A stretch of DNA of 55,460 nucleotides, filler included, from Sphacelaria rigidula (taxonomy: Eukaryota): assembly GCA_964200075.2 (NCBI GenBank). It is 5 parts of 5 records of this genome, joined end to end, with 100 filler letters (N's around TTAATTAATTAA, not from the genome) between each part and the next. Parts side by side here need not be neighbours in the genome. Positions count along the whole stretch, not along the records: positions 33,337 to 44,348 come from CAXNAA020005538.1; positions 44,449 to 55,460 come from CAXNAA020005539.1; 3 more parts are not named here. One strand, given 5' to 3'. Below the pieces are notes generated by a model. That model saw only the letters and a list, made by a program, of their open reading frames with translations. It was not told where the DNA came from and did not search any database. Shown here one piece after another: positions 34,133-48,100 of the stretch. Numbering within the stretch: the stretch's first letter is position 1; each line of letters begins with the position of its first letter. Position numbers and translations under genes: made by a program.

Positions 34133-37100
34133 ATGAAAGCAACTGCTGCCGCAGCGGCTTCTGCCGCGGCTCTTTGCAGCAGCGCGACAGCGTTTACCAC
34201 CCCACCCCAGAGTTTTTCTGTGGCTGCGCGATTTTCATCTCGACAGCAATGCGGACACCGCTACCGATCCGCAGGGGGAGCGCGCCCGGTACGGCCGCGA
34301 GTGGTGTCGATGAGCACTGTGGCAATGCCGCAGGTGGTACGGGTACCCAAGGCGCCCACGGGAGGTGTGTCGATCGATATGGAGGGCGTGCAGCTGAGTG
34401 GACTGAACGGGCTGGCGCTGCAGGAGAAGGAGTTTCCGACGAAGAGGGAAGTGATTAACGTGATTCCCAAGCATTGCTTCGTGAGGGACACGTTGAGAAG
34501 TTTCAAGTATGCTGCGATCTCGTGCGCGCTTACCCTAAGCATGGGCGCCCTCGCGGCCGCGTTAATACCTATGAAGGTAAGCTGCTGGTGCTTGCTGTGA
34601 TTGTGTTTCGTGTATTGAAGGTCTTTACACGTGTTCTCCTCGACTCGGTGAAACCTTCTTGTCCGTCTTGTAGTCAGGTATAGTGCAGTAGCGTCTGTTT
34701 GTACTGAGAAGTATGTGTGCTATCCAACATCGGGTGTACGTGTATGAAGTACGTCGGTAATGGCTCAAAGTGGCGAACAGACGACGTGTCACCGTGCAGT
34801 GCTGTAGAGTACGTACGCACAGCACAGGTATAGACGACCGTACATTCATGATCTGCAGCATCGGACAGGACCCACAGCAGTCAATCATTTGCCCATCTAT
34901 CATCGACGAGAACTGAGAAATGCTATTCGTGCATGGCGAGTTTTATACTTTGCGTCGTGCTGTCGTTGTCATCTCAGAACTTCATGGATTTGAAGATGCG
35001 CACGGATTTGACGATGTCGTGCATCACCTTCTGTCACGATCGGTGCGGAGTAACCGCAATTCGTATCAATCGTGAATCGTTCACGATAGATACGCGGCAG
35101 AGGACATCCAAAATAGAGATGATGGGGGTGCAAAACGATATAGCGGTGCGATGTTCATCGTGTCTTCGCTGCCCTGGTTGCTTCTGTGTATGTCTCGTCC
35201 GTTTGTCCGCCGCTCCACCGGACACGAGTCTGTCTCCGTCTGAGGTCTTGGAGATTCACACCCTGCCCAAAAACCAAAAGTCGTATAATACTGCCCCCTG
35301 TTCATGTCTTGAGTAAGCGACACCTGCCCTCCGTGCATGCCTTAACTGACACCCGCCGCCCGTGCATCTTTCAACTGACATGCGATCGAGTTTTCTGCCC
35401 CTATTGATTTTGCTGAGTTTCTGTTTTGTCCGCGATCCTTGCCCGTGGTATCTTTTGCGGAGAGAACGACAGCATGCGGTGGTTGTGCGAGAATGAGATC
35501 TGAACAGTTTCGTGATAGCATCGTGTCATGTTGACGGTGACATCACCGGTGTTGTTCTTGAGATGGCGCACGTGCAAATGCCCTGGCGACCAGATTGCTT
35601 GCTCCAACAGTCAGTGTGTTCACGGCAACCCCGTGAACCGTGTATTTGGATGTGTGACAGCCAGTAGCCGGGGCGGAGAGTACAGTACAGACAGTGAGGA
35701 CGGGATTTACATATTAAGGATGGATTATTATCGATGATGAACCTTGGGAACCATGGAGAGCATCGAAATATTCTTCGATACACGATGCAAATGTACTATC
35801 CAACCATGATGTGTGGCCTCGCTCATCCTTAAAGAAAGATACATCCGCAACTTGTAAGCCCATGTTTTTTTTTTTTTGTAGCAGGAGTGACAACTAATAA
35901 CAGTTTTTTTAATGAGAATAAAGCTAGGTCGGGTTTGTTTGGTAAAATCGCGAGATTCTCAAATTCTGGGTGGATTCTTCTGAGGATGAGCGGGGCCAAA
36001 CATCACGGCCGGAGACTGTATATGCATGATTATCTCATGGCGGTTCCCAAGTCTCAGACCGCTGCTTATAACGGACGAACATGAAAATATGGAAAAGTGC
36101 CCTTTTGGAGCTTTTACGTCGTTTTACGCCCTAAAAGAGAGCTAGGCGGAGTCTCACACCTTGGAATGACTTGCTCTACTCGTTGAGGTGGTTCCAGGAC
36201 GTCTTCCCGTTCTCCAGTGGCAGGAGTTTTTATTTGGGCCGAAGAAGAACATATGCCCAAGAACGGTCAAATCTAAGAAAGAAACGCCATTTTTCTCTCG
36301 ACTCCTTGACCATTCGGGTAAAAATCCTTTTTTCGCCAAGATAAAAACTGCGGCCACCGGAGAACGGGAAGACGTCCTGGACCCGCCTCAACTACTAGAG
36401 CAAGTCCTTCCAAGGTGTCAAACTCCGCCTATCTCTCTGTCGGGGCGTAAAACGGCGTGGACGCTCCCAGCAGGCACTTGTCCAGATTTTTACCTTTGTG
36501 ATAAGCGGCGGCCTCATCTTCAATGTATACATATACTCAAATCCATCCCCAATTTGCAAAATACGCTGCGGTGCCGTGCTGTGCTTACGCTGACTGCTTT
36601 CGCAGCCTGCGGTATAAAAATAATACGAGTATCCTTGTTTTGATCCCACACGTTTTCGAGGATAATGATTTTGCTTCTGTTTGTCTCCAATTTTCTTTGT
36701 CTAGTTGGCGATGGTGCCCGTGTGGATTGCCTATGCGGCGGCGTGTGGAACAACCGCGACAGGAGCGTGGGTGGTGGCTCACGAGTGCGGGCACGGAGCT
36801 TTTTCGGACAACCGGACTCTCCAGGATGCTGTCGGCTTTGTGTTGCACGTGAGTTAGCTATCCGATCGCGCAAAGACGCCGAGATATGCTCGGTATTTTC
36901 TCGCGTCGTGAGCGTTGCTGTGTCGTATGGGACATCGTTTGCATCCATCCATGAGATTTTACAGTAGGCGGCATTTTTTGTACTAATGGTGAGCACCCCA
37001 CCGTGGGCAAGCGCGCTTCTCCGATGCCGCTTGGGCTAGTAGCAGAGTACGCTCAGTAGTTTGATGATGCATTACGTCGTTACGTAAGTGCGCCGTGGAC

Positions 37101-40100
37101 TTTCCTTGTGGATGCGGGGGGCAGAAGTGGAACATCGATTGTAGACACAGCTGTTTTGATGAGGGAAGCATCCTCTGCAAAAGGATCAGATGAGCGCGTG
37201 TCTTGCATCGTGTCCCGACCCCTCTGAGGCCGTGTCTTGCGAGGCAGAAATAGCCTGTGTGCTCAAATCAATAGCTGATACCTGTGATTGATCGGTGCAA
37301 TATCACTCACCAAGAAATCTGGGAGGGGAAAAATATTTGCTCGAAGGCGATCATTAACGGAGTAACCGTCAGGGGCACATGCAACGGTTTGAGGCACAAC
37401 CAATAAAAACACATAAAACTGAAGGCCGCACTACCCCCGCGTACATGAGACATACAACTCGACCCGTAGCTGCTGATCAGCTGAGCACGTTGTGCTTTTC
37501 CTGTTGTCGATAAGACTGATCTTGGTCGTCGTGGGCACAAAGCTGTTGAGAAACAAAGTATATTACTTGTCCCGGTGAGACACGGCCAAAGTCGGGTCAT
37601 TTTCTGTGTACTCGATATACATACTGTATGTTTCGAAACGCCCCCGTTTTTTGCGGGCAAAACGCTATACAACGAATACAGGCGTGCGCTACCAGTGCAT
37701 AAAGGTTGTTTGACGGAATAGTATTTCACCACCGTGGGTCCGTCTTGTCTGTCTTCGGGTTGATGTGAGACATTATCAAGGGTGAAACCGTTGCTCAAGG
37801 TTGGTGCTTTTGGCACACACGGCGATGGGTTCATAGGTAGGGGTCGAATTATATAACGCAAAAACTAATATCAACTTATGTAATTTAAATCCTTCACCCG
37901 TTCCTCTACATAACGTAACGCATTTTATAAATTCCATTGTAGTATGGACTCCATCACATTTGTGTTTGCCGGCCTTCTGCAGCCCGCAGCCGCAATACAG
38001 GACCGTGCTGCGGAGAGATGGTATCCAGGACAACAACGGCCTCACAAGGAGGTGTCTTTTCTTTCTGTATACGGGCTGATGTACCCAACGTTCGCTATGA
38101 GCGTCGTCGTGCCAGCAGTATGGTTGCGGTGGCCGGGGTTGGTGTTGCAGTCTCCACTTGCGCTTAGCTTGCTCCTGCTGTATCCTGCACGGCTTTGGAT
38201 ACGGGGCATGAGAGAAGATGGTGCTATCGTCGTCTTTGTGCGTTCTTTCATGCTCCCGGACGGCACAACCACGAGAAAAGGACTATATCGGCACCAATGC
38301 TGCTGGCTCCCTATCGTTGGCCGTGGTGGTTTCGTTTTGGGTGGCTCGTGTTGATCGGTGTCGTACATACAGTACTCTCATCACGCGATGCCCACCACCT
38401 GGTTGGGGTTGGTGCATCCTGCGGTAAAGATATAGTCGGTACCGCGACAGAAATTGTGTAGAGATGCGATGGTTAAGACGACCATGCTTTCTACACAAAG
38501 AACATCAGACAGCTAGCGTAAACATCTGTCTCTCTTGTATGCGTGCGTCCCCGTGTGCTGGTGCACCGCCCCCTTTCAAAGACACCCCGTAAGCTTGCTT
38601 CATGATGACATCGTGCTTCTGAAAAATAACAGAAAATATGTACTGTCCTGGGCTGTAACCAGCTAGCGGAAGGAAATGAAGCCCAAACCGGGCCTGGACA
38701 AAAAACCTCAAACACATGAATCTTGTTGACCTCTCTGCGGTACAGGGGGCTTGAATAGCGCACGTGTTTCCAGCGCAAATCCCGAATTAAGCCCGGTCAA
38801 GAACCATGGAAAACAACCGAAAACCTGAAGGACAACGAAAAAAATGGCTGGTTTGAGTTTGATCACTGTACAACGGCCTGGACCTATGAAGTTATGGCCT
38901 ATTTTCGGGGGAGGGGCGTATTTTCTGCTTCCGGGACATTCGACCCAGTTTTTGGCTCCCAAGAAGAGAATATTGCCATCACACGTCTTGGACGCTCGGT
39001 GGGGCGATGCAAATTGTCCAACACGTGATGGCGATAATCCCTGTTTGGTGGGGTTAGGGACTGGACCAGTATCTACTGCCAGTATTCCTGTACTGGCAGT
39101 TTCCCTGTACTGTCAGAGGCTGTCAGCACAGCCAGTACATACCCATCTTACGTACGTCCTATATTATGCCTCCTAAACCACATGGAAACCCAACAAAACT
39201 GTGCCGCATGAGATGCAGGAAAGGGGAGAGGTTGAAAACAGGGCACACACAGACTAGAGGGAGACCACAAAATCGATGGACCAATATGTCACTAGCAGCA
39301 GTAGCCCGCCCGCTTCAGACCCGAGCCTGGGGCCTTAGATCCCTGAACCCACCGCGGCCTCCAGCGAATCACGATTGTTGAAGTTTTTATCTGGGTATAC
39401 TAGCAACTATTTGAAGAAGAAACGTTTTCACAACCGAGCAGGCATCATCAAAGTGGCCCAAAATCACCCAAAATATATATTCTAGTGAATTGACATGGCG
39501 TAAAAATATACCTCCGGCGGGCCCCCCTCACCAGCCGGGGGGGGGCCGCGACCACGCGGCTCTGCCGCGACACCCATGTACTGATGTGTTCCAGTAAACT
39601 GGCGGCTCTCCGCAGCCAGTTTACCTGGTACTGGCGCGTAGCGCCAGTCCCCAACCCTACTGTTTGGGGGCCAAATACCGTGCTCAATGTCTCGAAATAT
39701 GAAAATACGCCCCGCCCCCCCCCCTCCCAAACAAGAAGTACAAACCATAAGAAACGGCCATGTGTCATACATGGCGCACAGTAACTTCAATCATTGGCGT
39801 AGTTGGGACGTTTGTTGCCTCTTTGCATCGATTAGCAAGTTTCATTGCTAGATACGGCGGACCATAGATGTTGTCATACTCCCATCACAGGTGTAGAATG
39901 CACGCTCCGCACATTAGTCCGATCTCTCGAACCCGTGGTCACAGACACACGCTCGTCTTTCCAATATCGTCCCTGCTTTTCCTTACAACACATACAAATG
40001 TTCAATCTCTATTTGGTGAAGCTCCCTGCCTGAACTTGGCCAATGTTGGCTTTGAGGGGCGGTCCGCGTGGTGATGGGAATGCCTGACACGTGCTATGTT

Positions 40101-43100
40101 TTGACGACATTATCCCGCCGCCGCCTACCCGTCCTCCACACTCTTTCGCATGATACGCGTCATTTTCTCGTGCTTTGCCCGATGGCTGGCCCAACTGGCA
40201 TGCCTCCCAATATGTATGGACGACTACAGTCTGCATTGCTAGTGCCGTACTTCTCGTGGCAGCGAAGCCACGCGGTACACCATGGCAACACCAACCACAT
40301 GGAGAAGGGGGAGACACATGTGCCCGAGTTTGTGCAGAGCAAAGGATTCGGTTTGCAGGCCCAGCGAAAATTGTTCCGGAATATGTTCGGCAAGAAGCTT
40401 GGCACCGTCGTATTCGGAGCGATCTCGACCTTCAACCACCTTGTGGTGAGAGTCTTGCAGTTTTTTCCATTTCTTCGATATTTTGTTCTGCTCTTTTTTT
40501 TTCCATCTCTTCTCAATATATACGACATCTCGTCAGGTGGTTTACAGTATATGCTGAGGGTAGTATGGTGAATCAAGTAATTCTATCCACCCAACTGAAT
40601 ACCGTAATTCAAAGCAATGGAGTGTAAAATGAACTGAGGTAAATATCAAGCGTATGTCGAGCGTATGCGGAGGTGGCCTGGAAACGGAGGGTAGGAAATC
40701 GAAATCGAATGTCCCCAAGCGAACTTTTATGTATGACTAACAACGATGAAAACTTTCGAACACTTGTTTGCGTGCAGTTTACCTTGAAATCGGGAGCAGA
40801 TCATGATCACAAGCCCCTGTACACGTCGAAACATCCCTTCACGATACGCCTTTTCCTTATGCTTTGTTCAGGTGGGATGGCCCGCCTACCTCTTGTTCGG
40901 GGCTACCGGCGGGCCATCGCGGGGAATGACGAGTCATTTCTTCCCACACCCGCCATTCTCCACCGGCGACAAGTCTACTGAGCTCTACCCAGGGCAATGG
41001 AAGAAAAAGGTACGCGCTCCCGAAGTACTGGCCGGTGAACATGACTTGAGGGGATTGACAGAATAGTGGCGAGCCTTTTGATTTTGATTGTTTTTGGTCA
41101 ATGGTTGCCCTGTATGTAGTCGCTTTTGTGTTGCCGCATGTGGCGTGTACCAGTTGTAATCACTACCTCTTTGCGACACCCGGCACGCCTAATCGTGTCC
41201 TGGTACTCGTCAGGATCGCAAGGTTATCGTCCACTCCGGTCCTGGTTGTGGGCGTACTCCTCCCTTTGGGACGGGGTGGTGACGGCACCGATGTTGCTTT
41301 ACCTCAAGGTTGGTGTATTATATTACACTTCTCGTGAACACGCACCGAGTAGATCGCTTTTTGCCCGTTCACTCATGTTCATGAAGAAGATGGAAGCGCA
41401 CCTGCCATCCACGGGTGTTCGGAGATTAGATCCATGAACATTCCCCGGAGGTTCTGGAAAACGATTTCTGTAGACGTGGATGGACGCTGCATGAACATGA
41501 GCGGTCGGCAGGAGTAAATTAGAAATTAAATGTTATGTCGAGCAGGCGTGCAGCAGTATTTTGTCGCGTTTGAGTGAAGAGGGTGGTGTGTACCATTTTT
41601 GGGTGTTGAATGCCTTCAATGACCGGACGAGTAACGAGTCTAGACAATGAACCCACTTGCTTTCAGTGTTACTTACTCGCAACGTACGAATCAATCCTTA
41701 GTTTTGTTTCCAGCGTTGCACCCCAGGTACACGTTTCCCAGGCACCTGGAGTAGCGCGCCTCGGAAATGGTAGATTCTGTGGTTGACTGACACCAGCAAT
41801 ATATCGTCCAACCATAGCATTTTGCATTTTTCTGCCGCCAGTGCCAAAGAAAATATTTGCGCATGTATGAGCACATGCACAGCAGGCGCGAAAGCCGCCA
41901 AGGTTTCGCTGTGTTGGGACGGTAGTATGCTGGTGGCTGCGGCTTGTGCACGAATAGAAAACGATGCGCGGCATTAGCATGGTAACATCCTTCGAAATGT
42001 GCAGGCGGTGTCTTCACCAGGTACACCTATCCCGAATCTCCCCGGGTAAGCATGTCCGTTCAGCGTCCTACAAACGTCCCTCAGCTCTGTAGCTAGGCGG
42101 ATCCCTTCGCGTTCTTGTCCTGAAAATCGGAGATATGGAAGGGACCAAATCCGTGGTCCCCTGGGGAGCCCTAGAACCTTCCCCACAGTCTTCTGCTTTA
42201 CTCGTGTGTTTGCAACAAACTGCACATTTTTTTACGATCACAACAGGTTTGGCTGTCGAATGTGGGCGTGGCGGCAACGGTGGCGGGGCTCGCGGCTTGG
42301 GCATCCAAGGTCGGAGCCATGCGAGTGGCCGCTCTGTACGGCGGACCCTACCTTGTCGTGAACGCGTGGCTTGTGCTCATCACGTGGCTCCAGCACACCG
42401 ATGTGGACATACCGCACTTCGACGCCGACAACTGGAACTTCATCAAGGGTGCGCTGCACACGGTGGACAGGCCGTATGGCAAGGTTCTCGACTTCTTGCA
42501 CCACCGCATCGGCTCCACGCATGTCGCGCATCATGTGAGCATGGGGTAGTGATGAAGTGATGAGATACTGTACATGGTGATGCGTGCGCTGTTGACACTT
42601 CACAAGCCCCACCTGGTTTTCCACGTGATTGGATGTGTGGTGTGATCTGCAGCATTTGCGCGGGATAAATCGTGATGTCAGTTACGCCCCGATGAGCGGA
42701 CTGGTATTATCTTCCACAATTCAGGGGGAAAAGTCATGGGTTTCCATTTCGACACGCACGGTGTTTGTTCCCCTGAGAGTCTGGTCTCCGTAGTTGTTTG
42801 CAAGACGTGGGGACTTCAGTAATGACGATGATTCGATGAGAAGAGACGCTCTGCGGGCAGTAGACTTAACCGGAGTTGGGTTACATTCTCTCCACACCAC
42901 GTGATTTGAGTGTGAACAACGAGACTCGGTTAGTGAGGCTTGATAGCCCCGTGTACTGCTGGCGTGCGCAGAATGCCTTTTCGTCCAAATCGGCGCCGCG
43001 CCGATTTAAGGTCCCGCACTTTGCCTAGGGAACTCTATGCACCTCCCTCACCCGAGGGTTCTCGGTATTCCTGGGGCTGGGGTTATAGTTAGGGTCAGCA

Positions 43101-43707
43101 ATAGTTGTAGAACTCCGGTTAACCCACCTCGCTCGGGGAGTGCTGATAAAGCTCGCAAGATTGAACCAAAATTTCTGAAAGGGGCAGGGAGAAGAAATGG
43201 AGTGATCTTGTGACTGTTGCATCATCGTGATTATTTCATGTTTTTTTCAACGGAATGAAAGCGCCGGTGGAGGGTGACTCAAGTCTTGCCTTGATCTTCG
43301 CGGATGTAGTGCTCGGTGATTTCCCAGAAAATGACTCTAACCACCACCCTGGTACTTTCGATTCCTGTACTTCTGTCGTACAGAGAACAGACGCGTGTCC
43401 TATGGTAGTTTCGCCGACTGATTTGTAAGACGAAACTCAAGCTGAGGTCTGTGCGCTGAACGGTGCACAGAATCGGTCCTCACTCCCAAGTTTTGCCGCC
43501 AACCCTGCTCGTATGAACACGCTGCAGGTTGACTGCACCATCCCCCACTACCACGCAGTAGAGGCGACCAATGCTATCAAGGCAGCTTTCCCCGAGCACT
43601 ACCTCTACGACCCGACGCCACTACCTCAGGCCACGTGGAGACTTGCAACTCAGTGCGCCGGTGTGGAAAAGCGCGGCAACATGCACGTGTTTGTCTCCAA
43701 GGAGTAA
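34133..43707 (+). CDS. Plastid-targeted omega-6 (delta-12-type) fatty acid desaturase, complete, about 469 aa, 6 exons
   Basis: Exons 34133-34576, 36705-36848, 40230-40445, 40872-41009, 42247-42534 and 43528-43707 are all GT-AG and in frame. The three His boxes are HECGH, HAVHH and HVAHH, with TWLQHT and IPHYHA. The N-terminal signal peptide has an ATA|FTTP (ASAF-type) cleavage motif followed by a Ser/Arg-rich transit peptide. Delta-12 versus omega-3 regiospecificity is inferred, not shown. Confidence 0.95.
36057..36513. mobile_element. 457-bp foldback element with TCA TSD (PIF/Harbinger-like) in desaturase intron 1
   Basis: TCA|GACCGCTGCTTAT ... ATAAGCGGCGGCC|TCA. The arms pair over about 200 bp, e.g. 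TCCAGGACGTCTTCCCGTTCTCC with GGAGAACGGGAAGACGTCCTGGA. Confidence 0.85.
39907..39996 (-). repeat. Interspersed retroelement 3'-end repeat; second copy at about 47125-47233
   Basis: CCGCACATT(A/G)GTCCGATCTCTCG(A/G)ACCCGTGGTCACAGAC is shared by both copies. The 47125 copy has an adjoining (ATT)n tail. Confidence 0.75.
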
Positions 43708-45105
43708 ATCGCATGCAGGGATAGCGGGGGGCATTGGTGGGCGAGCTTGTTGGCCGGGTCTGGGGAACACGGAACATGGCCAGCCTACTCGTAAGAAAAA
43801 CACGCTTCTCTTCTAAGTCGACCATTCTCTCCTCAAGCGGGTGGGACTGCAGGCATGATGTGTTATGAGTGCGATCTGCTGGTTGTCTTTCTTTGCGGCC
43901 TCTCAAGGGATATACACCATCGATTCGGGCGGCGTACGGCAATATAATCCTAATCTTACACACGCTGTACCCGGCCAATGTTGCCCGGCGGCCGGGGGGA
44001 GAGGGATTATTGCCCCCTGCTCAAGAGTAGCAGCCCGAAGCCCCCGCCCCTTCAACGTGCTCGTTGGTGCCCCCAGCTGGATTTTATTTGTTGTTTTCGT
44101 TGTGTCACTTGTGCTTGAATGTCTCGGATGCGAGGTGCGCTTCGCACCAGCTGATTTCAGGGAAGTGGTGTGGTTGTATCTGCTCGTTGTTTCCGGCTAG
44201 CCATGTTGCGATGTTTTGGCACACGCGAGGCGGCAGCCCGCGGTACCAGTCAAGAGCGAAAATGTCGCCTTATACATGATCAGGCGGGGGGGGGGGGGGG
44301 GGGGGGGGGGGAAAAGGGGTCGGAGGGGGGAGGGGGAGGGCAGGCTGGNNNNNNNNNNNNNNNNNNNNNNNNNNNNNNNNNNNNNNNNNNNNTTAATTAA
44401 TTAANNNNNNNNNNNNNNNNNNNNNNNNNNNNNNNNNNNNNNNNNNNNGTTGCTTTATTTTCTGGTATCACCACTTCCTGAGACAGCCACAGCTTACACA
44501 CTGCCTCATGGGTGTTTTACAGAGGGGGGGGGGGAGAATCCACCGTGTCCACTATTCGAGCATCGTAGGTTTAGAAAGAGCGAGGGGTGGGTCAGTAGGG
44601 ATGGAGATGGAGACTAAAAAAAAAGAATAGGCCGTCAAGGCAGCGAAGCTGAAGACAAACGAAACTTCAGAAAATGGCAGCACGGGCACTCCACTTGGCG
44701 GCATAAAAAACACACACACATTCTCAGGCTCGGTGTGTCACCAATGCGTCGCTGCATTCCCCTCATGTCTTGAAAACACACCAACGTCGTTTGCAGCACT
44801 GAACATTGCCAATTAAACTACATTGCAATGTGGGAAATATCATTTTCCTGTTGTGAGTTCCGAACATTGGGAGGAAGAGGACACACAGAAAACGACAGCG
44901 CGTACTAGACTTGCGACTATTAATACCTCCAAACCCTTTTCGGTGCGTTCGCGAATATTTTCAAGGGCATACTAGCGTAGGACCACTAGCGTAGGACCAA
45001 TCCAACGACAAACAATGAGACAAAACGTAGCTACAGACGTCAGCTTCTACCCTAGCACCCCCCAATCACAAACCTGACATACGTATATAACCCGAGTACA
45101 TGTAC

Positions 45106-48100
45106 CTGGCCCAACAGCCGGAAGGCCTCCGCGACAACGGCTCCCTGCGCCCTTCCTTCGTCCACCTGGTTCTTGCCCAGCCTCAATATGTTGGGCACAT
45201 TTGGCGGCGCATCCGTAGAAGCTGTGGCCTGATGGAGGACATGAGAAATCGATGACGGCATTGAGATGAGGGTCATCCCAACCTTCTTAGGCAATATGTA
45301 CCATCGTCGACGAAATATGTGGAGAAAAACAAAATCCCAGCTGAAGTCGTGTTGACCCTTAGACCGCGAGGGTCATCCATCTGAATCATGTACACTTTCT
45401 TCAAGTGAGATTAATGCCGGTTCAACAGATGACCTACCTCTCGCCGCCTAAAGGTTAAACATGACAAAAATATGTCGTCCATCATATGGAGCAAAAAACA
45501 AATCGAGAACAGGGAGGCGGGCGCGGGGGGTGGGACCAAAAGCATGGGGATGGGCAGAAACTTGAAGAAAAAAAGAAGAAGCAATTACCACCTGTATTCT
45601 AATGGAACAGAAGAGACGTACACCTTCGTGACGGCAAATCGGGTAGCCAGGTCACTGGTGACGTACACCGAAAATCGGCAATCCTCTTCCGTGATCTGAT
45701 CTCACTTTTGCAACCTGTTTAGTCACCCCCAAAGCTGGTGTGATATGATATCCATCTGTATGAGAATTGTTTTGATATCTTGGGGCATGGACAAAGGATG
45801 TTGCCCGCCGTGTGTCCACCGTGTAGCACTACGGAACTCAAATGGGCCTTCCGAGTCAATACGCACGTATTTTAGCCATAGTCTTCTTTTTTGTTTGTTT
45901 TAGTTCTCCACCCTCCTTCTGCGGCGCTTGCCTTTATTTTTTATCGCTAGAGGGTTTCAGCAGTCCTTTTTCCTCATTGACCATGAAGTCGAATTTTGTG
46001 TACCCACGACATAGTCGCTCTCCATTGTTGAGCATTGTGTGAGAAAAAATCCTAGATCGCTCCGAGATTCGGGCTCACGACCCAACCGTCGGAAAGTTTC
46101 GAGGTTACCAACTGAGCCAACGGGGCGACCGGCAACGACTGCTGCTGTTAATTCACGATGAGATACGTCTATTCCGTGGCTACCTCGTTTTTCTTCTCTG
46201 AATCGGTCAACACGCGGCACTCATTCAGGTAGTCCATCATTCCAACAGTTTTGGGAAGTGCTCACCTTCTTGAACAGGGCCGGGCTCCGAAGCACCGCTA
46301 GCAGAGGTGCCGTGCAAGGCACGTACAGACCCGATGCGGCCGCCAGTCTCTGCCTCATGCGAACCAACTGGAACGCGAATGGCGAATGTCTCAGCGTAGC
46401 GCACAGTCGAATGATGCCCTCAATCACCTGCGTGTGTGTGTGGAGAGACAGAGAGACAGAGAGAAACAGAGGTGGGGGACAAAGTAGCCAAAAACGTCTA
46501 ATTTTGTACATATTTTGAGTGTCCTCGTTGTACGTTCCACACCCTGGACGATGACAAAGGATTACGTTGTCAACATGTGTACTGCCTACAGTATCGACTA
46601 TTGTATCTATTGCCAGAGTCAATAAATTTCATTCTGTACGCAGTACACTTCCGGACAATCCCGTCTTTCGTCCATGGTGTGGTACATTCAAGCGGCAAAA
46701 AAACTAGGGACAGCTTGGATAATGGCTACCGACAACATAATATATTTTATGGGGACGGCACGGGCTGAGAGGCGTCGGTTGACAGGCAGTCAGTCACACC
46801 TTGAATACAGAATCCAGCATGCCTAGACATTGACTGGCTGATTGTCTTACATGAAGTGATCTACTGCGGATCAAGCCATTGTCGCAGAATGGATGGACCC
46901 AACTCAAGAAACGGAACCATTCGCTCAAGGAAAGTCGATAAACGATGAAAGCGCCCGAGAGTTCAGCCCAAGCTTCCGGGATTTCTGGTATTCGCCAAGA
47001 AAGGAAACGAGTGTCAGTGTCTACAGAAACTAGGAATTCCTCAGCAGCGGGTCGTTACTGCACAGTAAGGGGCTCTGGAAACAAGAGAAAAAATGACAGA
47101 AAACTTTCACACAGGGAATCAAAGCATTATTATTATTCATTATTTCCGCACATTGGTCCGATCTCTCGGACCCGTGGTCACAGACGTAGGCTTGTCTTTC
47201 CAAATACCGTCCTTGCTATTTCTTACAAGACATAGAGTCCTCCATCATTTTTTCTAGACCCCAGTCTAATTACAAGAACAAACGCAATCAGCCAAAATAT
47301 TACCAAAATGAAAATAAGAAGAAAGACGCCAATAAAATATGAGAAGTAGCTTCCCCGAGTTCAACGGGGTGAAAACAAAACAAAACAAAACAAAACACAT
47401 AGTACAATAAATGTAGACCTACGACAGTACCACCACGCAAAACAAGTTCAGACGTTCTTCACATTTCATTTTCCTCTTGCCGATGGTCGAGGCGTTGGGA
47501 GAAGAAAATGGTATCCGTTCTGTCTGCCCAACAGTACATTGCTTCACCGCTGCTTCCAATTATTTTCATCTCTGTCCATTATTTTCTAGATTTTTTTCCG
47601 TTCTTTTTCTCCCCATTCCCTTTCGGATCCTTCTTCGTTTTGTCGCTTGCAGCTTTTTCGTCCTCCTCAGTCGAGTCCGTTTGTTTCTTCTATCTTTTTG
47701 TGTCGTTGTTCTTTTCCTACACTCTTGTATTTTCTTCACCGAAGGCTTCCGTTTTCTTCACCATGGATACGTCTATCGCCACGTGTATCCTGTGACCACG
47801 GGTAAATCCCTCGACGGTGGGTCGATCAAGGTGCGACCAGAATCATCATCAATCTACCGAGTATCAGACAAATCTCAAAGGCAAAAACCTTGCAATTTTC
47901 AATGTAAGCTTAATACACCCTGGACAATAGATTCTATTGTAAAATAATGTACTGCGTACAGTATGGAATCCATTGTCCATTGCAAAAGGCGCGATGGTCA
48001 AGACTGTACGCATTACACGTTTTGACCGTGTATTCTTTTGTCCAGGGTATGAAGCTTACCACGAACATTCTGAGCCACGTTTCCGAGAACTACGCGCATT

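Noticed and set aside
37944..38354. Gene nested in desaturase intron 2
   Set aside because: A 136-aa ORF with no recognisable motif or exon structure; compatible with chance or decayed sequence.
43707..45106. Convergent desaturase-NOC2 gene pair with NOC2 truncated
   Set aside because: The two are separated by an artificial linker, so adjacency and truncation are artefacts.
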